Shown here one piece after another: positions 1 through 12,346 of a DNA stretch of 64,000 bases (positions within the stretch are counted from its first letter, which is position 1; each line of letters starts with the position of its first letter). The stretch is from the NCBI GenBank assembly GCA_964036045.1, contig OZ038378.1:181474001-181538000 (forward strand), in the 5' to 3' direction. A model generated the notes under the pieces. The model saw only the letters and a list, made by a program, of their open reading frames with translations, made no database searches and was not told the origin of the DNA. The position numbers and the translations under genes are program-made. This stretch comes from Eutreptiella sp. 'Long Island Sound 2002' (taxonomy: Eukaryota; Protista; Euglenida).

Positions 1-632
1 CTTGTGGAAGGGCCCCAGGTAAAACAGACAACGGGAAAGTGTTTAATTGGTGGGGGGGGGGGGGTCAGGTCAGAGCCAGCAACGTTTGGCACTGGGTGTG
101 CAGCCTGAGTCAAAAGACACCAGAGCAAACCGGCAGTCCGGAGGAAACTGCGATGCTGGCAACGCAAGTGCTGACGCACTGCTGAGTCCATTGTCTATTG
201 GTGCACTGGGCAGTGCCAGGCCCATGGGCAACCCAAAGCCAAAGCCAACTCACATCTCCCCGTCCCTGTCTTCTGCATCCTCCACTACTGTCACCCTGGC
301 GCCGAAACCAGCCCCAGGGCTCGTAATTCAAAGTGAAGCGGCCACGCTATGGAAAATGCCAGAGAAGACACATGACTTTCCCAATGTTTCCTAGTCTGTC
401 CTATACCGCGACCGACAAGTGGTGCTGGCAGAAGGAGCACAAGAAGGAGGCATTTGCTATGCGGAGGCCTTGCATGCCCACTTTTGACACAGGGCCCGGC
501 ATCAAAGCCCTAAAGATGCCCTCTGAAAAAAATTCACCAAAAGGTGTGGAAAGGCTGTGCCAATTGTGCCAATCTGCCAATCGATTGACGCCGGCACATC
601 CTTACGGCAACATATTCATGAAAAAGCATGAA

Positions 633-1496
633 CCCCCCTGTCGTCGGATAGTGTTTGAGGACCAAAAAGCGCCGTGTGACGTGGGTGGTCGTTGGGACAA
701 GGCCGTGAGGTACCCAGAAGCCCTCCGGAACAATTTTTCTCCAGCCCATTGCACCACACCCCCACACTGTTCACCTGCACCACACAAGCATGCCCTGTAC
801 ACAGGGTGTGAAATGCTGAGGCTGGGTAGCATGGCGGCAATCGACATCGCGCAACCAAATGGGCTCCAAAGGGCCCTCCAGGGCGTCATGGCACTCGCCG
901 CCTGGGCCCAAGGGTGTAGGTTCGAAACCCTTGGATGTCCAACTCCTACAATAGCTCCAGTCTCGCCCCGTCAACCACTTTTTATCGTGAGAGTGCTCTG
1001 AAGCCTTACAAAATTTTCATTCTGCTTCATCCACTGTTCATTCTTGCTGATTTTACAATGATGTGGAAAGTTGAGAATGTTTGATAATTTGACATCAATC
1101 AATTTTTCTCTGGCCTCCGTTGGACAGACGCAACGTAGGAACGCGACAGGAGTCCACGGAGTCGTGCTGCCATGTCCAGAAAAAACCAAAACCACGTCTA
1201 ATTCAGGCCAGAGCACCAGCGGCTGCCCAGACACAACAAGAGGTATGTCTAGCACGTTCCATGCCATACGCACCCAACCCTCAGCAATAGCCCTCCAACT
1301 TCATGCCCTGTACCGCACATGGCATTCCATCAGCCCCAAACAGCATCCAAATAACATTCCGTTTGTCACACAAATGTGGCCTTGCATGCACATCTCTCTG
1401 TCGCGCAGCTGCCAGGGGTCAAACATATGCCCCACAGACAAAAAGACAAGGCTTTAAAAAGCGCCGGGGGTGGTTGTTATGCAAGGCAGTCATTGC
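633..1496. repeat. Dispersed repeat X, copy 1 (coding-like, probably decayed mobile element)
   Basis: 633-876 and 1208-1496 match 9381-9624 and 9641-9926 closely by eye. Both strands are largely open in register. The upstream plus frame has CQLC..TPAH. Confidence 0.8.
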
Positions 1497-3184
1497 ACAA
1501 GGGCCGCAGTTCATTTTGACCCACCATCAGCATTCTTGCGTACCTTACCATACCGTTGAAATGCGTCATAAAGAATGGAAAATGGGGACAATGGTTGAAA
1601 GGATTCAACCTGTCGGCCCGGAAGATTGGGGCCCAAAAGAGGGCGGAAATGCTACGTCACCCCTGCATTCTCGGAGGTCCCCAACAAAGGGGACAAAATC
1701 AGAAATCAAAACCTACGCTAGGGGTCACCATGATGCTCCTAGTATCTCAAAGTATGGGTCTCTAGTACAGCCAGACACCCAAATAGGTGCACTGCGCTAA
1801 GTGCGCCCCCTTAGTGCACCCCCTAGAAGGGCACCGGTGGGGCACGGGTCACAAAAGATACCAAGCGCTCAAACGTTCCCCCAAGGCCTTGTGCAAGGGG
1901 GGTGAGGGGGGGCACCAAGCGAGGATGAGCTGAATCTGTTACCAGGAAATGCAGCGGGAACCGCCACGCCCATAGGCATTGATCTCGGTATGCTGCTAGA
2001 GCACAAATTCAAGTCACATGGCATAAATCATATCTGCGGTGCCTCATGCATAGTGTTTTCCCCACGTGTGTGAGGATCTATTGACTCCAACAGTTTCCTT
2101 GCACTGTGGCGACGCTTCCACAAGGGGAGGGAAACAGGGGCACCAGTGCAACCTTGCCCCATTGTCCAACCCTTGATGTGTGCTGCTGTGATTTGGGCGG
2201 ACATCCTTGGCCTACGCAAACACGATGGGCAAACACAATGCGAAGTAAAGGAAGGAAGCACAGGGCAGAAGCTGGACATAACTGCCCATCAAATGACCTG
2301 GTTGAGCAGTGAGACATGACCACAGCAAAAAGAGAATAGGAAGGATTGCACAAGGTGAGGGGGTTATGACTTCAACAAAGGGCCACAGGTTGCGGATGCC
2401 CAGTAAGAGCAGGGAAACAATAGAGCAACGAAAAGCAGCAGGCAGTGGCAGCAGTATAGTGCATTCACTGGGGGCGTTTGGGCACAGCGCACACAGCACC
2501 CGTTATTTGGGAAACGGGATACCGCACGGGAATCAACTCCAAAACCACCAACTATTCAGACCACCACATGCAGGGGCCAAAAGCTGGAAAGTACATGTCT
2601 TGTAACAATGACGTGAGTCACCCTTGAATGACTCTGCAAAAGACTGGAGATTGAAAACAGCACACTGCAGTGCAATGCACCTCTCAAGACTCTCAATTAT
2701 GTACAGACAATACAATATGAGCGTCGGCAGACAAACCTCACACCTGCTTCCTACGTCCCTCCTGCTTCCCAAACCTCTCTGTGGGCTTTCCATTGAAAAA
2801 ATATGAGCACTCCTTTGGCCCCGGGGGTCGCCTGCACAGGACAGGATGAGAAGGGGGGGGATGGGGGGGGGGGGGTTGTCACAATGTAGATGACTCAAAC
2901 TGATTGCTTCGTTGCGCTGAATACAACGAGCCACATATCATGGGCAAAGCAGTTTTCTGCGGGTCCCGAAACTAGCTCTGCAGCGACAATGGCTTTCGAA
3001 TACCAGGGGGGGCTCCGCATGCTTTGACTGGGCCTCCCTCCCGCCCCTCTGTGCCCAACGACCAGTAAAGCCGAACCCAGAGCCGTCAGACGTAGCGCTC
3101 ACATGAGTGCATGTGCAGTGGGAAGAGATTGTAGGCGGAGGTGCACGAGCCCCCCATGAGAGGGAGCACATGGGCCCTATCAAT

Positions 3185-3788
3185 CCCCCCCCCAAATCGG
3201 CGAAGAAATCCCAACAAGTCGGCGGAACAAATCGGCGGACCAATGTTTCAGCAAAACAGGTTCCCAGTGCCCTGGATCTTAATCCGAGGCTCCAAACACA
3301 CCTTCCTTTCGGTTGCTTTGTAGTTGGTGTCGTGTGGTAATCCAAAATATCTCTCAATTTTCAAAAAAAAAAAATCCTCTCTCGGTCTGTACATGCTCCC
3401 TGAGGACAATGTATGCCAGTGTCAGCCAGTGGTCCAGTGGTATATACCCTGGTCTAAAAATTAATCGGCGGTGGTGCAGAAGCCAGAAGCCCCAACAAGT
3501 CAGCAAAACCAAATCACAGAAACCCCACAAATCGGTTCAATTCCAGGACCCATTGTTTTTTGCACTTTTGTCACTTGTCCTGAGGAGAAAAATGGTTTCA
3601 CTGCACAAACAAAGCTTCCCGGAAGAAGATGAATGCACACAGGCTTCCACTGACTCTGTGTCGGCAAAACGAATCAGCGAATTCACAGAAACCCCGCAAA
3701 TCAGCAGAACAAATGGGCGAAATCCAGAAACCCAACAAATCGGCGAAGTCGGCCGAATTCAGCCGCCGATTTGGGGGGGGGGGGGGGG
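3185..3788. mobile_element. MITE-like element, family A copy 1
   Basis: Inverted ends C9-AAATCGGCG / CGCCGATTT-G16. Interior 3267-3580 is homologous to 51898-52160. Confidence 0.65.
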
Positions 3789-6019
3789 TGCCCTATGTAC
3801 ACTGTGTGGCTGAAGCCATATGCCGTCTGCACTCACCTCTGCTCTGGGACAGTTTCGGTTGGATGCAACACAAAACGAGTTGTTTGAGCATTTGGGCGAC
3901 AGGGTCCAGTTTCAAGTACAATGTCTTGAGCATTTGTATCCTGAGCCCTTCAGTCCTTGTGCTTGTTGTCCGACAGGAAGTGCGTGCGCAACAACCTCCG
4001 TATCTAACGAATGGGGGTGTCATGCCAATCCAAATCTGGAGCCACAACAATGCATGGCTTCCACAGTTGTAGAACCAACACATGTAACGTGGCAAGGCAT
4101 GGCGTGCGCTAGGGCCATGACGCAATTCCATCAGTGCTACCCCCCCCTTGCAAACAACCTAATTCCGAGGCCTTGTGCCAAACCCCCCCTTGCAACCCCC
4201 CCCCCCCCCCCCCCCTGTCGTGACGGTCCCGCCCCCTCCCCAGGGGGGGGAGGGGTCATGATGTGACAGTTCCCCGCGGGGGGATTGCACCACAAAAAAA
4301 AACCATAGCACTATACCTGCAGCAGTGCATGCAAAACACCGGTAGTGTCAATCCCATTGAAATATGATGTTGTGCGCGTGCCCTTCCCATAGGCACTGTA
4401 TGAAACTTGGTTCTACCAGTCCAAACAATCGTTCGTTGCATCCACCAAGACTGTGCCCCGGGGTGCAGCAGGGGATGGCGGTCATTGGGGTTTGGAGACC
4501 CTGTCTAAACCACAGCGGTGTGAATGCTGCTGTCATGTTTGGCTGGGGCAGTGGGCTTCCAAAAGCGGTCCATGAACGTTTGGGGGGTCCGTTTCAGACC
4601 ACGCACGGCATCTGTTTTGCATGTGTCTCTCCCCCCCCCCTGGGGTCCTGAGGCAGACCACGACACATACCTCAGCTCTGGCACCCTCTGAGGCAGTGAC
4701 AGACAGCAAAAGCAATCTCACTCAACATATGGGGGAATTTTTTTTTCGGCTCTAGAAGAGCATGATGGAGCCAAGAGGTGGCTCAGCGCCTGGGCAGACT
4801 GAGCCCATTTTGTTGGCGCAAATAGTGCTGTACGGGCGGGCAAATCGGAGCTGACTGGCAGCTCACCAGAAACATCAACTATGGACAGAATGGCATGCGG
4901 CGAGGTCTGTTCACTCGAGGGTTTTTCCGGTCCCCCCCCCTGATCCCTGCATGCTGTCCTGTTGCTGTGTCTTCTGTGGCAAAACTAAAATTATTTGCTT
5001 AACTTTAGGTTTGGGTGTAGGTGCCTTTGCTGCAGCTGTACGCGCTGGTCACAGAGAAGGACAGTCGCCAGCAGATGCTGGCGACTGGGGCGACGGGGCA
5101 ACCCGTACTGCCTCAAACACATACCTTGGCTGCTGTATGGTCCACAGCTCTGTCCCAAGTACCCTAGTATTGGATGTGCAGGAACTCAGGTGACGATTAC
5201 CCCTCCCCTCGAGAGGGGGAGGGGGTCTAATTGAGAGAGAGAGAGAGAGAGAGCAATGGTCAGTTCTGATTGACCGAATGCCCCCGCCTTAGGCACTTTC
5301 AGCCTTTAGCCCAATGATGTGCGTCCATCTCAATAGAGCTGCAATACACTATGTACAGTGTGTCGTGCCCCACCTCACGGATACACTCATATGTACAGAC
5401 CAAGGCTATCCATGCAAAATATAAGGACAGTGTCACCTAAACCTCAAGACACAGGCAGCTCTGAGAGTCATCCTCGGCACTCCTCTGGCCTTAGAGGTTG
5501 ACTGTTGGGGTCCTTGTGAAGATGAAAAGCAAAATCAGGGGCGTGTGACCCGGCACCCCAAAATGAGAGTCCCCTGCATGCCCGAACAGAGCGACGTGTA
5601 AAAAGAGGGCAGGTAGCTTAATTGACTGTACTTGCATGATGATAGGGGAAAAGGGAAAAGCTGAATGGACTATGGCAGGCATGTGTCACTTACCTCAGTG
5701 CTGAAACTGTCGGAGCTGGCGGCCCATGAAATTGTGGAGGCTGTGTCCGAGCCTCCTGGGTCCTCTGCTTCCCCAACATTATCAGAATCTGGATCAGACA
5801 TGGTCTCCAGACTGATAGAGCGTAGCATGGCGCTTGCTTTGGCAGAATTTGGAAAAACAGCAATGGGGGATGCCGCCGAAAAATCAAGCTGTTGAGAAAC
5901 CGCGGGTGGAACCGATGTGCACAGGGTGATCCTGGCTCGCTTTCCAGGCGGTGGAGTGCACGGTACAAAAGCTTCCTTGCGTGGTGTGTTAATAGAAGGG
6001 TATAGGGGGTGCATGTGGA

Positions 6020-6235
6020 GACCGACTGCTGCCAGTCGGTCTTGGCCCCGAGCAGAACGTATTCGGAGTCCAAGCATATGGCCACCTTCCCAATGGGATG
6101 CATCTGGAGCGCACGTGGTGCTGCCATCAGCTCCACTGTACACTCCAAAGCCTCCTAGTCTGCCTATCCCCTCGAACTTCTCTGAGGATCCATCGGCAAA
6201 AACCAGAATGAACCCCTCAGCTTCCACGTCCTGCA
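6020..6235 (-). pseudogene. Frameshifted RNase H1-type domain, probably retroelement-borne
   Basis: ILVFADGSS..GGFGVY (ORF 5670-6461) continues in another frame (ORF 5690-6148) as VELMAAPRAL..VAICLDSEYVLLGAKTDW. These match the RNase H D/E/D catalytic motifs. Confidence 0.75.
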
Positions 6236-6849
6236 GGATTGCACACGGGGGGGATTTCAAAGGCGGGGTAAAACTGCAAGGTTTCACAGGGCTGCAGCAA
6301 ACCATACGTCCCTGTACGGCCCGGTGCCGAGCGCATTTGTCCAAGGAAACAACAGGGGCCCCGCTGACTTTGGTGGTTCGATGATTCGAGGTACGTAAAA
6401 ACGTGTTCGAAGACAAAGATCCATAATCTCCCCGCCGCACCGGTTGCGAGGCCCTGCACAAGTCCCAAAATCAAGCACACTCTCGTGCCTATGTACACCA
6501 TCTGAAAATTACAAACGAAAAATTTAGAAAATGCAATCAGAACCGCCGGAGAATAACAAGGCAACACCCTGTGGAATGCCCTATGCTAAAGGATGAGCCA
6601 TTATGTCAGCTTGACACATATCCTCACAAGAAAGCATCCTCAGCATGCTGTCCGAGGTCCTGTCTGCCGTCGCGGGGGGGCAGCATATTCTGTACATGTT
6701 TCCTGGGGGCGTGGGGGGAGGACCCTCATAGGACTTGCAAATGCAGGTCTTTCAAGGCCCGCGTGTGTGAAGCGGCAAGTGCAGAGTCTTATAGCGATAC
6801 CATCCAGTTGGGGGCGGTAGGGGGTTGCAGCGGCTCAGGGAGGTAAGGG

Positions 6850-8300
6850 AGGCGCGCCCTGCCCTCGCCCGTCAGAAAACGGAATAGTTTCGATGCCTTT
6901 GGCACTCACAAAAGGTCTATTTTTGTTGGAGTGAGGCGGGGGGTGGAAAGGAGGAGGAAAGGGGGGCTGGGGGCTAAACCATGCAGGCAACTGCTGCAGG
7001 CCCCACAGGGAAAGCGTTCTTTGAGCCCCTTCAAAAGGGGCTCAGTCGACGCCCCACAGCCGTCGCAGGGTAAATCATCCCCATGCACACAGCGGATCAT
7101 GCGCGTTGAGTGCCACAGGCTGCGCTGGCTGGGCCCTATTAGCTCACGTCCCCGGATCATCAATATTGGCACATTGGGAGTCGTACACCGCCTCCGGTAC
7201 TCACTGCTATAACATTCTGTACCACAACATTCCGCCCTACGGCCCAAGCAGCTCAGGGCAGGCGCCCAGGGCCTGTCGCACAATGAGACGCACGGTGCTA
7301 CCCACACGCGGTACGAATGCGACACCGATGTGCGGCACGTTCACATACCGGAGCGGGACACGGTGCATTGGGACGCCGAGGCTTGCGACGCAAAGGGGGG
7401 GGCGCAGGCCTGAGTTGCCGTGTGATGACCGACTGTGACCGAGGGAGGGGGATGAGGCGTGTGAGTCAGAGGGGGGGACATTGCACAGACCCTTTTATTA
7501 ATACATTTAAACTTCCAGATCTAATCAACTGCGGTGTCGTGTGCTCGGACAGTCCCACGCCGAGACGCCGCCATGCGGTGTGCACACCACCCGACAGAAG
7601 TTGCTGTGCGCATCCCGCCCCGTGGAACCCTTAGAGCCAAGATGGACGACCCTGTCATTGGCACCGCGAAAGACCGCGTCCCAAAAGCGGCATCGTTGAC
7701 GCAGACGTGGGAGGACAGTGAAAGGGGTAATTTGCAGGCACTGCCTGCGGAGGAACTGCCTTTCTTGGTGCCCTGCAGTTCTTGCTACCAAGGCAGGGGT
7801 GTTTGCCCTGGTCATTCTCGAACGGCACCGCAGGCCCGGGCAGCAGCAGTAGCCCTGAATAACACAGCGTGCACCAAAACGGGGGAGGGACCCCCGTGCG
7901 GTTTGTGGTACGGGGCGGGGGGGGGATTTGGTCTGCGGACAATCTGGAGGGGAAGAGTTGGGCACACCTCCAATTTTGGTGCGGGGCCATCAGACGCGGG
8001 AAACTTCAACACCCCCCAACTGTCAAAAAATGCGGCCTGTTTTGCACTCGAACCAAGCGCACAGACGTCCTCGACGACGACCAACTTCTCACTGCAAAGC
8101 GAGCGAGATGAGCGGACGTGACGGACTGACGCACTGCCGACAACAGAGAGGATGCGCAAGGAGCAGGAAGTGCCCCAAACTGTGCGAAAAAAATTCGTGG
8201 GGAAAACTTCGGCCCCAAACTGGAAAACGGAATCGCCCCCTTACGAAATCCCGCCCCCCCTGTACTGATGTGTGTCTGTGACACGCCCGTCGGTGTTGCG
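6850..8300 (-). pseudogene. Decayed non-LTR reverse-transcriptase-like sequence upstream of the RNase H
   Basis: Weak motif remnants occur in the expected order across frames: FPHEFF, D..FRGANDRVVH, VHGDDL. The RNase H follows on the same strand. Confidence 0.35.
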
Positions 8301-9380
8301 TGCTGGTCGGGGCGGTGTCTGGGACACGAGGGGAGAAGATGGTTCTGCACAACCACTCGGTACACATCCAGACCAGACATGCGGAGACACTCGCCCCGCA
8401 CCAGGCGCCACTCAGCAGTACACGTCCGCTACACCCAGGAAACTCAGCTGGAGGCAGCTGCGTCCAGTCCATGGCTCAGAATACTCCCCCGCTTGTCCTA
8501 CCACGGGCCAGGCTGTTTCAGGGGGGCAACAGTGCGGGAAACACGGGATCGCCGTGTTTTGAGAAGCCCGCGTTCGGAAAAGGTGGGGGGTGGGGTACCC
8601 AACTCCGCCTAATCACGTCTCCAGTACCAGGACCTCGTGGCCGTGTGCTCGAAGTGTTCACTGGCGGTGTCGGCAGTGTCTCTCTCGAGGCATTTGTCTG
8701 TCTGTGTATGGCGCACAATCGGGGCATCAGCAGATTTAAGGAAAGTCAGGGTGAGTCAGCAGCGCTGTGCAGAATAGAGGTCGGGGGAGGGGGGGGGGGG
8801 TGCAGATCTGGCAGAGGCCAAGGAGCCAAAACCAGAGGGCGGGACCGGGCTCCCGGTCACATGCCACCACTGGACAATGGCCCCTCAGTCTATGTGAACA
8901 GTTCAGTCCCCTGTCAGGCATCTGCAGTCGTGTACCGAGCGGCACAGACAGCGCAGTGGACCGCCAACCCAGCACAGTACCCCTGGGCAGTTTGACAACA
9001 TGTGCCCTGCCGAAAGACGCAGCCTGTATTCGAGATTAGCGGGGGGTTCCGCACAACGTGATGATTGATACTCGTCACACGCAAACAAGTGCTCAACGGT
9101 GCATTGGTTGCAAGCAAGTGCACACATCCCCCCACCAGCCGATGGCGTCAGTACCATCGCTGGTTGCAAAAAGCAGGTTCTCAGCTGTCAGTAGGTGGTC
9201 CAGGAATTGGAAGGGCTCGGTACCAAAGGCTAGAAACCGTGGCACCCAAACCACCATCCATTCTGGAAGCACTGGGGTAGGGGCGTATGATGGACCTTAG
9301 CTCCAAGTATGAGAAACCCCCCTGCCATCCCTTGCACCACAAACAGCATTGGCTTTTCACCGCATAACTACCCCAATCCC

Positions 9381-9926
9381 CCCCCCTGTCGTCGGATAGT
9401 GTTTGAGGACCAAAAAGCGCCGTGTGACGTGGGTGGTCGTTGGGACAAGGCCGTGAGGTACCCAGAAGCCCTCCGGAACAATTTTTCTCCAGCCCATTGC
9501 ACCACACCCCCACACTGTTCACCAGCACCACACAGACATGCCCAGTACACAGGGTCTGAAATGCTGAGGCTGGGTAGCATGGCGGCAATCGACATTGCGC
9601 AACCAAATGGGCTCCAAAGGGCCCAGAGTAGTGGCAATGCCCAGAGCACTAGCGGCTGCCCAGACACAACAAGAAGTATGTCTAGCATGTTCCATGCCAA
9701 ATGCACCCAACTCTCAGCAACAGCCCTCCAACTTCATGCCCTGAACCGCACATGGCATTCCATCAGCCCCAAACAGCATCCAAATAACATTCCGTTTGTC
9801 ACACAAATGTGGCCTCGCATGCACATCACTCTGTCGCGCAGCTGCCGGGGGTCAAACATATGCCCCACGGACAAAAAGACGGGGCAGTAAAAAGCGCCGG
9901 GGGTCGTTGTGCAAGGCGGTCATTGC
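9381..9926. repeat. Dispersed repeat X, copy 2 (internally deleted)
   Basis: Matches 633-1496. The 331 bp at 877-1207 are replaced by 16 bp (agagtagtggcaatgc). Confidence 0.8.
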
Positions 9927-10625
9927 GTGAGGGGTGTGGGGGCAGGATGGCGGTCGCAGGGCTCGGGGCCGAGCGCCACTCGTTACGCTGCATGTGCAGT
10001 GTGCTCAACGTGCGGCTCGAGAAACGAGTAGCGATTAGGTGCTGTCAGTTGGCTGACGAGTGACGGCAGTTGGCGGTTCTGGGCTGCGGCCCTTGCAATA
10101 CCCGCTCGGTGGTGGGCCGTGAACCAACAGCGGGTCGAGAACATGGAAAGGGGGATGAAGGAGCCCTGGGCCGCAGGAACATCTGGTCTGGGGGGGAGAG
10201 GCTGCTGGGTGCTGCAGGCCGGGGGATACGCCCTCGCACACTGCGACCCGACCATCGCGCTGTACTCTCCGGTCCGGGGGGCATCAGAGACATCGCAAAG
10301 AGGAGGAGGGGGCACTCTACCGGGACGTTCGCACTCTCAAATCTGCTGCCTTGGGCTGCAAATACACACAGCTACCGAAGGGGGGGCTATAGAGAAACAA
10401 GGCTCAGTCTACCGGAAAATCCCAAACAGGTCCACTACGGATTCTGTCGTCGTGTGCGGAGCATTGACTGACGTCGTGCGGCAGTCCCTGGCGTCCGCCA
10501 ATTCGTGTGTGGTTTTGGATCGGCCCGGTCACACTGGGCCAGAGACTACGCGCTCGGGCCATCTTATGCGACGAGGCCACAAGGTGTGTGATGTGTCAGG
10601 AGGGTGTGCAAAAGAGGGCCCAGTA

Positions 10626-11056
10626 CCGGGGGGGGGGGGGGGATATTCCGCGTCTAGCAAAATCCGAATCTACAAATTCTGGCGCGACAAGCCCCTTGCC
10701 ATTTCTGAAAAAGGAGCGAACAAATCATGCAGGGTTGGCATAAGTTGCTCATGAGAAACAGTGGACGGTTGCGGTTATTTCCCAGAGGACTTCCCTTATG
10801 CATCAACCAGCACTCTTGTCTGCACCCCATTGAATGCCACAGAAACACTACAAATGAGGAAGTACCTCTGCAGCACTTCGGTGACTTCCATGGGAAACTA
10901 ATTATCATGAACCAAATCCTTCTTTGGCATGGTACAAGTGAGGGAAGGCCTAACGTATTCCCGTGCAAAAACACCGAACAAATTGCGCACAAAAGTTTGG
11001 CACAGAATTTGTGACACAGAACTTCTCCCCTGAATAATTCCCACCCCCCCCCCCGG
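10626..11056. mobile_element. MITE-like element, family B copy 1, TA-flanked
   Basis: TA|CCGGGG(G)n ... (C)nCCGG|TA. Interior homologous to 32429-32707. Confidence 0.7.
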
Positions 11057-11874
11057 TATGAGGCCACTTCATGAGGCTACGCTACGAGGCTACGAAACCT
11101 ACGCTACACAGCAGATCCTGCTATGCGGCGGTACAACGACGCTATGAGGCCCAAATATGAACCCACGGTCAACGCAACAGAGATGTCTTCAGCCCCAATG
11201 ACGGCGGATGTTGGCTGATCCACGGCGTCCAGCCCGCCGATGGAAGTGGACCAGAGGAATGGACTGTGCCACTGCCAAAGCCGTGCGGTTTCCAGTGGGT
11301 GACGGAAATCGAGGAGGTGAACATCACGCATCGTTGGGCACACGTGCACGGGCCGTCGCGGATGGTGTGCGTCTCACGCTAAAAAAAATGCGCGCCGTTC
11401 AAAATGGCCGGGCATGTGTGCGCCGCGTTGGAGGGGGGGGGGGGGGGGGGCGTGGGGGATCCCGTGAAGAGGGCCCCGCTGGGGCTCATGCGAGCTGCGT
11501 ATCGACTCCCATCAAATGGTACGTCTCTTGACAAACGTTGCGGTACCCCTTTGGTACACCGCCAATGAAAATGGGGCAGGGGAATCCGCTGCGGGAGCAC
11601 AACGCATAAGCGCATCAGCGTCCGGAGGCTCAGAGAAAATCCGGTGGGGCGGTCCCCCATCCGGACTGCCGGCGGGTGCAAATGAGTGCTGAACGGGAGA
11701 ACGGGGGCATTAAGACAAAACAAACGAGGCCGATGTGCCAGCGCCCGGCACACGGCGTTGTGGCGCCATGAGGCGGGGGCTACGTGGCCCTTCCCGGAAG
11801 AGCGCGACGGACATCTGCGGCACCGGAAGCCGACGGAAGGGCACACGCCTGGACACGCCCCTGCGCATCCGCCC

Positions 11875-12342
11875 TCAATCCGCAAAGAAATACGCGCGCA
11901 GGGGCGCCGCCACCCTCAGCGCGACGAACTCCCGCGCCTCCCGCCCCTCCTCATTGGAGGACAGGTCCAGGTGCACGGTGCTCAGGGAGGGCGAGGTCTT
12001 GATCGCGGAGACGGCCTTCACGCCGCTGGTGCCCACCTCGTTGCACGAGAGGTCCAGATGCAGCGAGTGCAGCGAGGGCGACACCTTCAGGACCGCCAGC
12101 GCCAGGGCGCCGCGGGGCCCCACTTCGTTCCGCGACAGGTCGAGGTACAGGTCGTGCAGGGAGGGCGGGCGCTGGAAGGCCGCCAGGGCCTGCGCGCCGC
12201 CGTCACGCACGTAGTTGTCCTTGAGGTCCAAATGGAGGGACTGGAGGGAGGGCGCGTCCTTCAGAGCCGCCAGTGCCTGGGCCCCACTGGCCACCACTCC
12301 GTTGGAGGCCAGGTCCAAGTGCAGCGTTTGCAGCAGCGACGC
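11875..12342 (-). CDS. F-box-like/LRR protein, exon 3 (last; ASLLQTLHLDLASN...RAYFFAD*)
   Basis: TAG acceptor at 12345-12343, phase 0, 156 codons including stop. Five LxxLxLxLxxN repeats. Joins exon 2 as LKE|ASLLQTLHLDL. Confidence 0.9.
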   Translation of the reverse strand, partial: ASLLQTLHLDLASNGVVASGAQALAALKDAPSLQSLHLDLKDNYVRDGGAQALAAFQRPPSLHDLYLDLSRNEVGPRGALALAVLKVSPSLHSLHLDLSCNEVGTSGVKAVSAIKTSPSLSTVHLDLSSNEEGREAREFVALRVAAPLRAYFFAD

Positions 12343-12346
12343 CTAA

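Noticed and set aside
905-935. B-box-like GGTTCGAAACC in a 7-bp hairpin
   Set aside because: No A-box or cloverleaf is present around it.
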